The notes under the pieces were generated by a model, which did not search any database, had not been told where the DNA came from, and saw only the letters and a program-made list of their open reading frames with translations. Positions 20,439 to 30,237 of a stretch of DNA of 64,000 nt are shown here, in pieces. The position numbers and the translations under genes were made by a program. Source of the stretch: a phage; sequence record PZ445427.1. One strand, written 5' to 3'. Positions within the stretch are counted from its first letter, which is position 1, and each line of letters opens with the position of its first letter.

Positions 20439-23400
20439 TGGCACTTAAAACTAAAATTATTGTACAGCAGATTCTGAACATAGATGACACTACAACTACT
20501 GCTAGTAAGTATCCTAAATATACAGTAGTTTTAGGTAATTCTATTAGTTCTATTACTGCTGGTGAATTAACTGCTGCTGTAGAAGCCTCTGCTGCTTCTG
20601 CTGCGGCAGCAAAAGATTCCGAGGTAGCTGCAAAGTTATCGGAAATAAACGCTAGAGATTCAGAAAACAAAGCTGCTATATATGCTGATTCTTCAGAAGC
20701 TTCTGCAACTCAGTCTGCTACTTCTGCTACCGAAGCAGAGAGACAAGCTGGTTTATCTAAAGATAGTGCTGATGCCTCTGCAGCATCTGCTACTGAAGCA
20801 GGCACCTATAAAGATGCTGCTGAACTTGCTGCTCAAAATGCTGAGAAGAGTAGGGAACTAGCTGAACAAGCTAAAACTGCTGCTCAACAAGCTCAAGTAG
20901 CTGCAGAAACTGCAAAAGCTGGAGCTGAAACAGCTGAAACTAATGCTGAGGCTTCTGCTACTACAGCAGGAGAACATGCTGCTGCTGCTAAGCAATCAGA
21001 ATTAAATGCTAAGACTTCTGAGACTAATGCTGCCGCTCATGAAGTAGAAGCAGGTAATCAGGCAGGTAATGCTACTACTGAAGCAGACCGTGCAAAAGCA
21101 GAAGCAGATCGTGCAGCACAAGTTGTTGATGGCAAGCTCGATAAAGTAGATATTTCTGGTTTCATCAAAGTTTATAAGACTAAAGCAGAAGCTGATGCTG
21201 ACGTGGGTAGTCGTGTACTAGGTGAAAAGATCCTAGTGTGGAACCAAACTGATTCAAAATATGGCTGGTACAAAGTAGCAGGTACTGTGGAAGCTCCAGT
21301 TCTAGAGTTAGTAGAAACAGAGCAAAAGCTAGTCTCTATTAACAACGTTCACGCGGATGATGCAGGTAACGTACAGATTACTCTTCCAGGCGGTAACCCT
21401 TCTTTATGGCTTGGTGAAGTTACTTGGTTCCCATATGATAAGGATTCAGGCGTTGGATACCCTGGTGTTCTTCCTGCTGATGGTCGTGAGGTTCTACGTG
21501 TGGACTACCCAGATACTTGGGAAGCTATTGAGGCAGGTCTAATTCCTTCTGTTACTGAGGAACAATGGCAGGCTGGTGCAACACTCTACTTCTCCACGGG
21601 TAATGGTACTACTACCTTCCGCCTACCTGATATGATGCAGGGCCAAGCATTTCGTGCTGCTGCAAAAGGCGAGGAAAACGCTGGTAATATTAAAGAGCAA
21701 ATTCCGTACATTACTATGATTAACGGTAAAGCTCCTGCTGATGATGGTACAATTACTTTAGGTAATGCTGCGGATAAAAACGTATGGAATGGTGTTGACG
21801 GCGAAGTATTACTAAGAGGTGCTTTTGGTCTTGGTGGTGCTGGTTTAATCCTTAATGAACCTGATGCTGTTTCCTTCTTCAAAGCAATACGTGCTTTTGG
21901 TTCTGGATACTATAGAAATGATAATGAGAGTAACTTAGTAATCCCTAAGTATTCTGCTGGATTCTATTCTAAAGTTGGGGATACTCATACCTTTATTTGT
22001 TCTGCTTATAGCAATGGTGTTGCTTTTGTAGCTTCTGCTTCTGATAGAGATTTAGATGAAGAATCTACAGTACATACTAATATCCTATATGGTACCGCGA
22101 ACAAACCTGATCTGAATAATGATACTCAAGGAGTTTTAGGTGTAGATAAAGGGGGTACTGGTGCCAGCGATGTTACTAATGCTAGAACTAACCTTCAGAT
22201 TGAACGTATTAAACAGCAAGATAATGGGACATTTATTGCAGGGAATTTGAGTACTCATGGTCTCTTTACTCGAGATAATAACAGCTGGGGGATGATGGAA
22301 TTTTCTTCCGGTGCAACTATACCTTTGGATATAAATGCTGGGGGTACTGGTGCAAAAACCATAGAAGGAGCAAGAAATAATCTACAGCTAGGTATTACGC
22401 AAAATGTGCAGTTTGCTAACCTCAACTTAACTAATTCGGATAATTTAGCTGAATCAAATGGTGGTGTATTAAATAGTGTATTAGCTAATCCTGCTGGAGT
22501 AACTAGAGCACTTGGGAGATTTTTTTCTGAACTTCGGTCAGATGGTATACCTAAAGTCGTTATTCATTCAGGTAATGGTGCGGATCAGAATGCCTATCTT
22601 AGTTTTTTCGCTAATGGATTGCTATCTGGTATTGATACATTAGGTGTTACTAATAAAACTAGAACTAATACTTTAGCAGTAGCTGATAGAATGACTTTAG
22701 CAACCCCTGGTGATTCTAACATATTGGGGGCTCGATCCATTGCACTGGGAGATAATGATAGTGGAATTAAGTGGGACCAAGATGGACACATAAGTACTTA
22801 CTCTGATGGTTTACAGATATTCCAGTGGACTCCTACAACTTTAAATACGTATAAAGTAATATCCTCTCGTGTACCTAACGATGGGCGTGGGATGTATGTA
22901 TATGGTACTAGAACAGTTGGACATAACGCCCTAATTGCTGGTCAAGTTGAGGGGGGTGGATTCGGTGGATGGAGAGATAGAGCAACTGGTTTACTAGTTG
23001 AGTTAACCCATCAGGATGCAGCATTTAGCATATGGAAAGCTACAAAGTGGGGTTTAGATCACCAAGGAAGCATGGATGTTGTCATGTATGCCGGTGGTGG
23101 GTACGAAACTCGTCTTAATGTTAAAGGTGCTTTTTATTCCTTTAATGAAGCTGGTTACGCAAGCTGTGTTCAATGGGTAAGCACATCTGATATTAGATTA
23201 AAGGCACAATTAAAAGAAATAGTATCTGCAAAGGATAAAGTCAAGTCACTGCAGGGATACACGTATTTCAAACGTAATAATCTAGAAGAAGATGATAATT
23301 CCTTTTACTCTGAAGAAGCAGGTTTAATTGCTCAGGATGTTCAGACGGTTTTACCAGAAGCCGTGTATAAAGTATCAAATACGGAGTATCTCGGCATTAG

Positions 23401-23542
23401 TTATTCAGGCGTTACTGCATTACTTACTAATGCACTAAAAGAGATGATAACAGATGCGGAAGCTCAAGAAACCCGTATTAGCAAGTTAGAACAAGAAGTG
23501 CAAGAACTCAAAGCTCTAGTAGCCACTCTGGTAAATAAGTAA
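20438..23542 (+). CDS. ltfA: L-shaped lateral tail fibre protein A (LtfA-like) with C-terminal intramolecular chaperone (S74-type) domain
   Basis: 1034 aa; N-terminal Ala-rich coiled coil; two GGTGA...AR.NL repeat motifs; C-terminus VSTSDIRLKAQLKEI...coiled coil matching the auto-cleaving chaperone domain of phage fibres. Confidence 0.75.
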   Translation: MALKTKIIVQQILNIDDTTTTASKYPKYTVVLGNSISSITAGELTAAVEASAASAAAAKDSEVAAKLSEINARDSENKAAIYADSSEASATQSATSATEAERQAGLSKDSADASAASATEAGTYKDAAELAAQNAEKSRELAEQAKTAAQQAQVAAETAKAGAETAETNAEASATTAGEHAAAAKQSELNAKTSETNAAAHEVEAGNQAGNATTEADRAKAEADRAAQVVDGKLDKVDISGFIKVYKTKAEADADVGSRVLGEKILVWNQTDSKYGWYKVAGTVEAPVLELVETEQKLVSINNVHADDAGNVQITLPGGNPSLWLGEVTWFPYDKDSGVGYPGVLPADGREVLRVDYPDTWEAIEAGLIPSVTEEQWQAGATLYFSTGNGTTTFRLPDMMQGQAFRAAAKGEENAGNIKEQIPYITMINGKAPADDGTITLGNAADKNVWNGVDGEVLLRGAFGLGGAGLILNEPDAVSFFKAIRAFGSGYYRNDNESNLVIPKYSAGFYSKVGDTHTFICSAYSNGVAFVASASDRDLDEESTVHTNILYGTANKPDLNNDTQGVLGVDKGGTGASDVTNARTNLQIERIKQQDNGTFIAGNLSTHGLFTRDNNSWGMMEFSSGATIPLDINAGGTGAKTIEGARNNLQLGITQNVQFANLNLTNSDNLAESNGGVLNSVLANPAGVTRALGRFFSELRSDGIPKVVIHSGNGADQNAYLSFFANGLLSGIDTLGVTNKTRTNTLAVADRMTLATPGDSNILGARSIALGDNDSGIKWDQDGHISTYSDGLQIFQWTPTTLNTYKVISSRVPNDGRGMYVYGTRTVGHNALIAGQVEGGGFGGWRDRATGLLVELTHQDAAFSIWKATKWGLDHQGSMDVVMYAGGGYETRLNVKGAFYSFNEAGYASCVQWVSTSDIRLKAQLKEIVSAKDKVKSLQGYTYFKRNNLEEDDNSFYSEEAGLIAQDVQTVLPEAVYKVSNTEYLGISYSGVTALLTNALKEMITDAEAQETRISKLEQEVQELKALVATLVNK

Positions 23543-23547
23543 GAGTA

Positions 23548-23572
23548 TAGGGGAGTAATTCTCCCCTATTTA
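23548..23572 (+). terminator. Weak intrinsic terminator / stem-loop between the two fibre genes
   Basis: Hairpin aggggag-taatt-ctcccct followed by a weak T-rich run. Confidence 0.4.
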
Positions 23573-23585
23573 CTAAGGAAATACT

Positions 23586-25331
23586 ATGTCACGTAATTTA
23601 ATGCCTAAATCTGGCGCAATGGCGCCGTACATTGTAGTTAACAGAGATGCTGCTGTTGCTGGTGTTTTCTCTGTTGATGGAGAAGCTGGTGCTGTTGTAC
23701 TAACTTCTAAATACCTTCAATTGTCTAAATATGCTGTTGATAAGGCTGCTACTGATGCATCTATCAATAGTATTAATGAATCTATTGGTAATATTAACAC
23801 TGCTCTTGGAGGAATTAATACTACTCTAGATACTAAAGCAGCTAAAGGTGCTAATAATGATATTACTGAACTAAATGCACTTACAAAAGCTATAACTATT
23901 GCTCAGGGAGGTACAGGAGCAACTACTTTAGTAGATGCAAGAGTATCTCTACAAGTAGAGCGTCTTCGCCAACAAAATAATGGTACTTTTATTACTTCTC
24001 CAGATGGTAAGTATTCTCTATTTGTTTATAATAGTGGTGAATTCGGATTACTTGAAAATTCTAGTGCCGCTGTTTCAGCACTTAAGGTTCCTTTTGGGGG
24101 TACGGGAGCTACTGAGGCGAAAGGTGCTAGAAAAAATCTAAACGCCCCAGTAGGAGCCTTAGCTGAAGTAATACCTACAGGAGAGAACGTCCTAAATTAT
24201 ATTGCAGTGGCTGGGCAGAGTGGATACTATTCTTCTGGTGATGGAGTTACACATATTCCTCCAGTTATAGAAGGTTGGTGGACTTATAATTTCCATTGTC
24301 ATGGTGTAGATATTAATGGTGCTGCTCAGTACGGCGTACTAAAAGCTGTAGGACTTTCAGGTAGCTCCTGGATTAACGTTCTAGATGGTACGGGTAACTG
24401 GAAGGGGTGGGTTAAGAATCTTAACGAAAAGTCTATTATCCCTATTACTCAGGGAGGTACTGGTGCAACAACTGTTGCAAAGGCCCGAGAAAACCTTCTT
24501 GTTGACCAAGTTGATAGATCTGGAGATCAAACTATGCTTTGGGCTCCAGATAAAGACACTTATCTTTTCGTTTATAGTGCTGGCGACTGGGGGGTTTACG
24601 ATCGTTCCGCCGGAGTCAGGAAGTCGCTACCAATCGCATCCGGTGGTACTGGTGCTGATAATGTAGCTCAAGCAAGACGAAATTTAGGGGTTGGAATTGA
24701 TCAGGATGTTACATTTAATGCGGTATGGGCTAAGGCTTATTATGGTCAAGGCGGCGCTTGGACTGCTGCTGTAATAAAGGAGAAATCACAGCAAGCAAGT
24801 GATGGTGCAAACCTTCTTACATACGTTGAAAACTCTTGGTTCGGAATCCAGAATTACTTAGTTGGTTCTCCCGGTTATCAGTACCAATATGTTTGGTCTT
24901 TCAATACCTTTGGTGGCAATGTGGTATGGTACTCAATGCGAAATGATAATGGGTTCTATACACCGGAAGGACGATGTGCAATTCAGGGATCTGATGTTCG
25001 TATAAAAGATAGATTTGAACCACCTAAACCAGGTGCATGGGATCGTGTTAAGCAGATTGGTATTATAGAGTTCAAATACAAAGGTAATGATGTCCAGCAA
25101 AGGGGATATCTAGCCCAGCAGATGAGTGAGATTGATAATACTTATACTTTCTTTGGTGGGCAAGCTACCGATGAAAATGGCGAAGTATTCGAAATCATGA
25201 ACGTTAATGACAGAGCTGTAATGTCTGATGTTATTACCGTAGTTCAGCAGCTGCAAGACGAATTGCTAAAGTGCAAAGAACAGATGGAATATATGCAAAG
25301 AGAACTTAATGCACTAAGAAGTTCTAAGTAA
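23586..25331 (+). CDS. ltfB: Lateral tail fibre protein B (LtfB-like) with C-terminal intramolecular chaperone domain
   Basis: 581 aa; four copies of the GGTGA...AR.NL motif; C-terminal GSDVRIKDRFEPP...coiled coil resembling the S74 chaperone; AAGGA RBS. Confidence 0.7.
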   Translation: MSRNLMPKSGAMAPYIVVNRDAAVAGVFSVDGEAGAVVLTSKYLQLSKYAVDKAATDASINSINESIGNINTALGGINTTLDTKAAKGANNDITELNALTKAITIAQGGTGATTLVDARVSLQVERLRQQNNGTFITSPDGKYSLFVYNSGEFGLLENSSAAVSALKVPFGGTGATEAKGARKNLNAPVGALAEVIPTGENVLNYIAVAGQSGYYSSGDGVTHIPPVIEGWWTYNFHCHGVDINGAAQYGVLKAVGLSGSSWINVLDGTGNWKGWVKNLNEKSIIPITQGGTGATTVAKARENLLVDQVDRSGDQTMLWAPDKDTYLFVYSAGDWGVYDRSAGVRKSLPIASGGTGADNVAQARRNLGVGIDQDVTFNAVWAKAYYGQGGAWTAAVIKEKSQQASDGANLLTYVENSWFGIQNYLVGSPGYQYQYVWSFNTFGGNVVWYSMRNDNGFYTPEGRCAIQGSDVRIKDRFEPPKPGAWDRVKQIGIIEFKYKGNDVQQRGYLAQQMSEIDNTYTFFGGQATDENGEVFEIMNVNDRAVMSDVITVVQQLQDELLKCKEQMEYMQRELNALRSSK

Positions 25332-25334
25332 AAG

Positions 25335-25364
25335 AAAACCCCAGTGGACAATCCACTGGGGTTT
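25335..25364. terminator. Bidirectional intrinsic terminator between the convergent late (+) and early (-) gene blocks
   Basis: Hairpin aaaaccccagtgga-caa-tccactggggttt with an A-tract on one side and a T-tract on the other. Confidence 0.75.
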
Positions 25365-25368
25365 AATA

Positions 25369-25635
25369 TTATCTACTACCTGCAATAATACCTAAGTTAT
25401 ATACTGCTAGCATAGCTTTAAGCATAGGATCTTGAGATTCAGTGCAAAGTGCTATAAATCCTTCTTCATCCCACTGCTCTACTACACCAGATACATCAAC
25501 CCTCAATACTATTTTCTCAGGTTCAACGTATTTAATATCAATCTTGTAAAAATTAGATTGGTCTACATCTACCCCTACCATATTAGGATCAGCAAAATTA
25601 TTTACTTCCTGAGCTTCCAAAGCCGCCTTCTCCAC
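25369..25635 (-). CDS. Hypothetical small protein
   Basis: 88 aa ORF; GTG start at 25635 preceded by a GAGGAG RBS at 7-nt spacing; overlaps the 3' end of the dUTPase gene in another frame. Confidence 0.4.
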   Translation of the reverse strand: MEKAALEAQEVNNFADPNMVGVDVDQSNFYKIDIKYVEPEKIVLRVDVSGVVEQWDEEGFIALCTESQDPMLKAMLAVYNLGIIAGSR

Positions 25636-26044
25636 GATCAGTCTCCTCTAGTTCGTCAACGATTTCAAGATGATGGGTTGAGTAGTGTGGTAGTACCACT
25701 AGCTGACAAAGTCTCTCGAAATTCTCCAGAGTTTGCATTTCAGAACCGTAGTTAAACAGGTTCATCTTAATAGTACCACGGTAGTCTGAGTCAATCACTC
25801 CTGCGGTGTTTGCGATCATCAGTTTACGTTTACCTAAAGAGCTGCGAGGAACTACCAAACCAAACCAACCTCGCGGAATTTCCACCGCGACACCGGTGTC
25901 AATCATAAGGGATTTGCCTGGTGCAATAGCACGTAAATCTGCTGCAAGGTTAGTACCAAAGAATGCACGCAGATCCATACCTGCGGCATCATTAGAACCA
26001 ATCTTTGGCATGCAATCTGGATGAGTTAGTTTAATTTTAATCAT
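25598..26044 (-). CDS. dut: dUTPase
   Basis: 148 aa with dUTPase motifs (AAGMDLRA, GLVVPRSSLG, RGEGGFGSSG). Confidence 0.85.
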   Translation of the reverse strand: MIKIKLTHPDCMPKIGSNDAAGMDLRAFFGTNLAADLRAIAPGKSLMIDTGVAVEIPRGWFGLVVPRSSLGKRKLMIANTAGVIDSDYRGTIKMNLFNYGSEMQTLENFERLCQLVVLPHYSTHHLEIVDELEETDRGEGGFGSSGSK

Positions 26045-26916
26045 TGTCCTGCGATCTCCAAAATATCTTTCGTAAACTTATCTAGTACGTCTTGACCCAC
26101 AGCAGCAATAGCATCTATACAATAGGTCGGTAAATCAACCAGAATCAAATTTCGGAAAAGCAACTCCTCCGATGCATTTAGATTCTGTATATATTTCTGT
26201 TTCCCAGGCAGAGGGAGTTGATCAATAATATCCAGAACATTACCAAATTCACGGATAATATTATAACCGCGTTTTGCACCAATGCCTTCAACACCACGGA
26301 TGTTATCACCTAGATCTCCCATAATTGCTTTCAGAGAGATAAATTGGTCAACATCATCAACGTTATGGTGCTCATACATATCACGAAGATGATACTCACG
26401 ACGTGTGGTAAAGGAGAAGCGAGAAACTCGATCAGTCAGTAAGGTATCCCAGTCTCCATCAGTAGAGATCAGCCAAACGTGATCATATAAATGACCAATG
26501 AGCTTAACAATATAAGCTGCCATGTCATCTGCTTCTACACCCCGAATAGTGAAGGTTGGGAATGTAGTTTCACACAACTCAAAAGCATCACGAAGATACT
26601 CAAAGAACTGTTCGTCTAGTGCTTTCTCTTCTTCTGTACGTTGTGCATACTTTTCGTCACGGTTCCCTTTGTAATCAGGAAGATGTTCTAAACGGAATAC
26701 AGACTTTCCTTTATCGCCTAGAACGATTGTAGTTCTAGCTGAATAGGATTTTGCTAAAGATTGAATTGTAGAAACATAACTTGAAGCGAATGGTTTCTTA
26801 CTATTATTATGTTTGAAGCGGAAGCCTAAGTTAGTTCCATCAACAATCATTAGGTTGCGACGAGAAGCCAGCTCAGCTTCTTCCTCTTCAATAAATTTTC
26901 CCCAGGATTTACTCAT
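26041..26916 (-). CDS. Flap endonuclease / 5'-3' exonuclease (T5 D15-like)
   Basis: 291 aa; N-terminus MSKSWGKFIEEEEAELASRRNLMIVDGTNLGFRF and overall sequence match my recollection of the T5 D15 exonuclease; FEN motifs (IVDGTN, GVEADD, ISTDGDWD). Confidence 0.9.
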   Translation of the reverse strand: MSKSWGKFIEEEEAELASRRNLMIVDGTNLGFRFKHNNSKKPFASSYVSTIQSLAKSYSARTTIVLGDKGKSVFRLEHLPDYKGNRDEKYAQRTEEEKALDEQFFEYLRDAFELCETTFPTFTIRGVEADDMAAYIVKLIGHLYDHVWLISTDGDWDTLLTDRVSRFSFTTRREYHLRDMYEHHNVDDVDQFISLKAIMGDLGDNIRGVEGIGAKRGYNIIREFGNVLDIIDQLPLPGKQKYIQNLNASEELLFRNLILVDLPTYCIDAIAAVGQDVLDKFTKDILEIAGQ

Positions 26917-27398
26917 TATTTAATTAAGTCCTCAACAGATGCGTGATGTAACCACGGTTCGAATAACCCGATTACGATTTCCATGTCTTTCTTATTTAAC
27001 ACCATATGGGTACGACTCATTAAGTTGTCAACCATCGGGTCTGAGCTATCCAAAGCAATTAACCACTGTCCTCTGTCTTTCTTGAATATTAAAGCTGGTT
27101 TGGAGTTCATCTGCTCACCTTCACGGGAACACTGCTGCCACCACTTCTCTAGAGTGGATTCACCAACATTAAATAAATTACTTGATATGTTATCATCTTT
27201 ATACCACTTAACTTCGAAGCAGTATTTACTAATGTGTCCGCTTTGTGGTGGGAGGTAGATGTCACCCTTCAGTCCATGGCTCTGGCCAAAAGCACCAGAG
27301 CCTGGAACACGTTCCCACTCAAGACCTGTACGTTCACGTAGTATATCTCTTACCTGATATTCACCACGTTTACCTTTCTCTCTACTATCTACGGCCAT
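26916..27398 (-). CDS. Hjc-like Holliday junction resolvase / PD-(D/E)XK nuclease (putative)
   Basis: 160 aa; N-terminal pattern KGKRGEYQVRDIL...GSGAFG...GDIYL...FEVKW resembles archaeal Hjc catalytic motifs (E, GSG, D, E-x-K). Confidence 0.5.
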   Translation of the reverse strand: MAVDSREKGKRGEYQVRDILRERTGLEWERVPGSGAFGQSHGLKGDIYLPPQSGHISKYCFEVKWYKDDNISSNLFNVGESTLEKWWQQCSREGEQMNSKPALIFKKDRGQWLIALDSSDPMVDNLMSRTHMVLNKKDMEIVIGLFEPWLHHASVEDLIK

Positions 27399-27401
27399 GT
27401 T

Positions 27402-29240
27402 TTATTCTAAGTAGGAAAATCCTTCTGCATCTTTTTTGACAGTAATCTTATGGGCTAATGGATGCGTATGCCCATGAGAAACAATGATAGAATTCAGACT
27501 ATCTTCCTCATTTAATAATTCAACGAGAGTATCAAGTCCTTTCGTATCAATAAAGCTAATAACTTCGTCAAGGAACAGAAGATTAATATTAACTTTACTA
27601 ATAGATGTTAACAGCATTCGAATAGCTAACAGAGTTGCTAGGTTAATTCTACTCTGCTGACCAGTAGAGCAGTTCTCCATACTGGTGCGGTTTCCATCAT
27701 TGAAGATTACTACTTGTAATTTAGTTTCATCAAGTTCAAATCCAAGTGCGAACTTACCACCAGTCATAATAGAAAGATATTTATTAATCAATTCCTCAAA
27801 TACTTTCACACTATGCTCTAGTTTATATCCTACCAGATTTTTCAATGCAGCGATCAGAATATCAAGATCAGCAACAGCTTCTGATACTCCATCCAGTTTG
27901 GACGTTATCTCAGACATTTCTGCCTCAGCTTTTTCAATCTGTTCTAGTTTCGCTTTATATTTTGCATTGGCTAATTCGACATTTGCATTATGCTCTTTGG
28001 CAATTGCAACTTTAGAACGGCCATCAGCGATTTCCTGTTCTAATTGTCGGATTTGCACCTGTAGGACCTGCACATTGAGTTCTTCAAAAGAAGCATCACT
28101 CATTGAATTTTTGAACTCGTCTCTAGCTGCTACTGCCTTATCCAAAGCATCCTTAGCTCTAGTATATGCAGTGTACTCGACTTGTTCTTTCTTCAACTGC
28201 TCTAGTGTAGCTTCAAGGGATTGTTTCTCTTTAAACAGAGGATCATACTCTGTTCTAGCCATATCCATTGCTTTTTGAGCAGCAGTTGTATCAAGGTGAG
28301 TACCACAAGTAGGACATTCAGTATTTGAAGCCTCTTGCTTGAACTTCTGATAACGTTTCTTGACTTCTCCCGCACGTGAGGTAACAATCGTTAGGTCACG
28401 CGTAACACTTGAGATCTCTTCAGATTGGTCAGTGGGCGCAGGGAAATTTTTGAAAGGCTCGAAAGATTGTTCGGCAACTTGTACAGCTTTGTCCAAATTA
28501 CGGAGTTTAGTAATATTAGCCTCTTGTGACTTGGCTAATGCCGCCTTAATTTTCGATTCAGTAAGTTCTTGTGATAACGGTTCTTCATCAAACTCTGGAA
28601 CTTCGACTGGCTCTTGTAAACTTCCGAGATTGCCTTTTCCATTGAGGATCTTCGTAATTACGGCCATCTGGCCTTGCAAGTTACTTAACTTGCTTGCCAC
28701 TTCTTTACGATCAGCCTTAATAGTTTCTGACATCTCTTTATACTGTTCCTGATTAAATAGATTAACAAGAAAAGCTTTACGTGTCGCGTCGGTTGCTTTG
28801 AGGAAGTCTAGATTGGAACCTACAGATTGATAGATCAGTTTAGTGAATGTTTGGAAGTCACCCCCCATAATCTCTTCAATCATCTTATATGTTTGGGTTG
28901 CTGTGTGTCCACTGATATCTTCTCCATTCTTAATCAGTGTAACCTTAGCAGTTGATTTAACTACTTTATGCAACTCATACTCATCTTCATCTTTCGAGAA
29001 GTAAGCGTGCATATCGTACTCTTTCTTCGGAGAACCCCAAGAGAATAAGGCGTCCTTCTTGATACCACGTGAGTTCTTGTTATAAAACAATTCCTCAATA
29101 ACAGTAGCAATAGTGGACTTCCCTAGACCGTTTCCTCCGATTAACTGAGTAACTGGATTTTTATCGAAATGAATTACGATATCCTTACCATAAGACATAA
29201 CGTTGCTGAATTTTAGTGTCTTAATTATAATCTTTGACAT
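27402..29240 (-). CDS. SbcC/Rad50-like recombination ATPase (T5 D13-like)
   Basis: Walker A GGNGLGKST at N-terminus, long central coiled coil with CxxC zinc hook (CPTCG), C-terminal signature and Walker B (LLFLDEV); start placed at MSKIIIKTLKF (29240) rather than the track start 29315. Confidence 0.8.
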   Translation of the reverse strand: MSKIIIKTLKFSNVMSYGKDIVIHFDKNPVTQLIGGNGLGKSTIATVIEELFYNKNSRGIKKDALFSWGSPKKEYDMHAYFSKDEDEYELHKVVKSTAKVTLIKNGEDISGHTATQTYKMIEEIMGGDFQTFTKLIYQSVGSNLDFLKATDATRKAFLVNLFNQEQYKEMSETIKADRKEVASKLSNLQGQMAVITKILNGKGNLGSLQEPVEVPEFDEEPLSQELTESKIKAALAKSQEANITKLRNLDKAVQVAEQSFEPFKNFPAPTDQSEEISSVTRDLTIVTSRAGEVKKRYQKFKQEASNTECPTCGTHLDTTAAQKAMDMARTEYDPLFKEKQSLEATLEQLKKEQVEYTAYTRAKDALDKAVAARDEFKNSMSDASFEELNVQVLQVQIRQLEQEIADGRSKVAIAKEHNANVELANAKYKAKLEQIEKAEAEMSEITSKLDGVSEAVADLDILIAALKNLVGYKLEHSVKVFEELINKYLSIMTGGKFALGFELDETKLQVVIFNDGNRTSMENCSTGQQSRINLATLLAIRMLLTSISKVNINLLFLDEVISFIDTKGLDTLVELLNEEDSLNSIIVSHGHTHPLAHKITVKKDAEGFSYLE

Positions 29241-30198
29241 ATTTAGCAGCTCTAGCCAAGATTCTATCGATGTCGTCTTGAGACAGCTTTTCAACTTCAC
29301 GGAAGTAAAGTTCAAGTTCGCCTAACATATCAAGATCAACAAGATTTAACTTAGCATCTTTAGTAACTCGATGGTTAATCTTTTTATCTAAGAGATCGGA
29401 ATCTTTAATAGACTTTAACTGAACAACGTCACCAGTGACTTCATAAATTACACGGTCATAGTCACTAGGCTCCATTTCCTCACCAACTCCGATTGTTTTA
29501 CGAATCAGTTGTGGTAAGTCACCAAGTTCAATCCATTCTACTTTTAATGTGTCGGTATCAATGATAAAACAACCATTTGTACCTTTTGTGCGTTCTCTAT
29601 GGAACGATGTAGTTAATGGAGATCCTGGATATAGAAGTCTAGTAGAGCCAACAGTTTGACTATTAGTATAAGAATGTAAATCGCCAGCAATTACAGTGTC
29701 ATAACAGTTATACCTCGTTAGATCAATCTCTGGTTTTACATGTGGAGGGATTTCACCACGAACATGCGTGAAACATAATTTTGATTCAGATGGTTTCCAC
29801 TTTGGTTTGTGGATTTCATCATAGGGGATAATATCAAATTCAGGAGAACGATATGGTTTAGTAATGACTTCCCAATTTCCGTTTGTTACTTTATTAATAA
29901 CTCCTGCATAATGATATAGGCATGAAATAGTTTTAGTTAACATTTCATGGTTCCCTGTGAAGATCTTGCCTGGATGGTCAAGTCTTGACATGAACTGTTC
30001 AAGAAGTTCTATTTCTTCCGACGATGGGTCGGCAACATCAAGAATATCACCACCAGCAATATGCAGATCACAGTTATGATTATGGAATATGTCATTTAAC
30101 CGTTCTCCTAGCATCAGGAAGCGACGCTTCTGCCACTCCTTTGGAACTTTATCTTGTCCTAGTTTGATATGATGATCAGCACTAAATAGTATTCTCAT
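29221..30198 (-). CDS. SbcD/Mre11-like nuclease (T5 D12-like)
   Basis: 325 aa calcineurin-like phosphoesterase motifs (MRILFSADHH, GGDILD, GNHE, HVRG). Confidence 0.85.
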   Translation of the reverse strand: MRILFSADHHIKLGQDKVPKEWQKRRFLMLGERLNDIFHNHNCDLHIAGGDILDVADPSSEEIELLEQFMSRLDHPGKIFTGNHEMLTKTISCLYHYAGVINKVTNGNWEVITKPYRSPEFDIIPYDEIHKPKWKPSESKLCFTHVRGEIPPHVKPEIDLTRYNCYDTVIAGDLHSYTNSQTVGSTRLLYPGSPLTTSFHRERTKGTNGCFIIDTDTLKVEWIELGDLPQLIRKTIGVGEEMEPSDYDRVIYEVTGDVVQLKSIKDSDLLDKKINHRVTKDAKLNLVDLDMLGELELYFREVEKLSQDDIDRILARAAKYVKDYN

Positions 30199-30237
30199 AA
30201 GTTAAAAAGAAAGGGAGCCGTAGCTCCCCTTGGTTTA

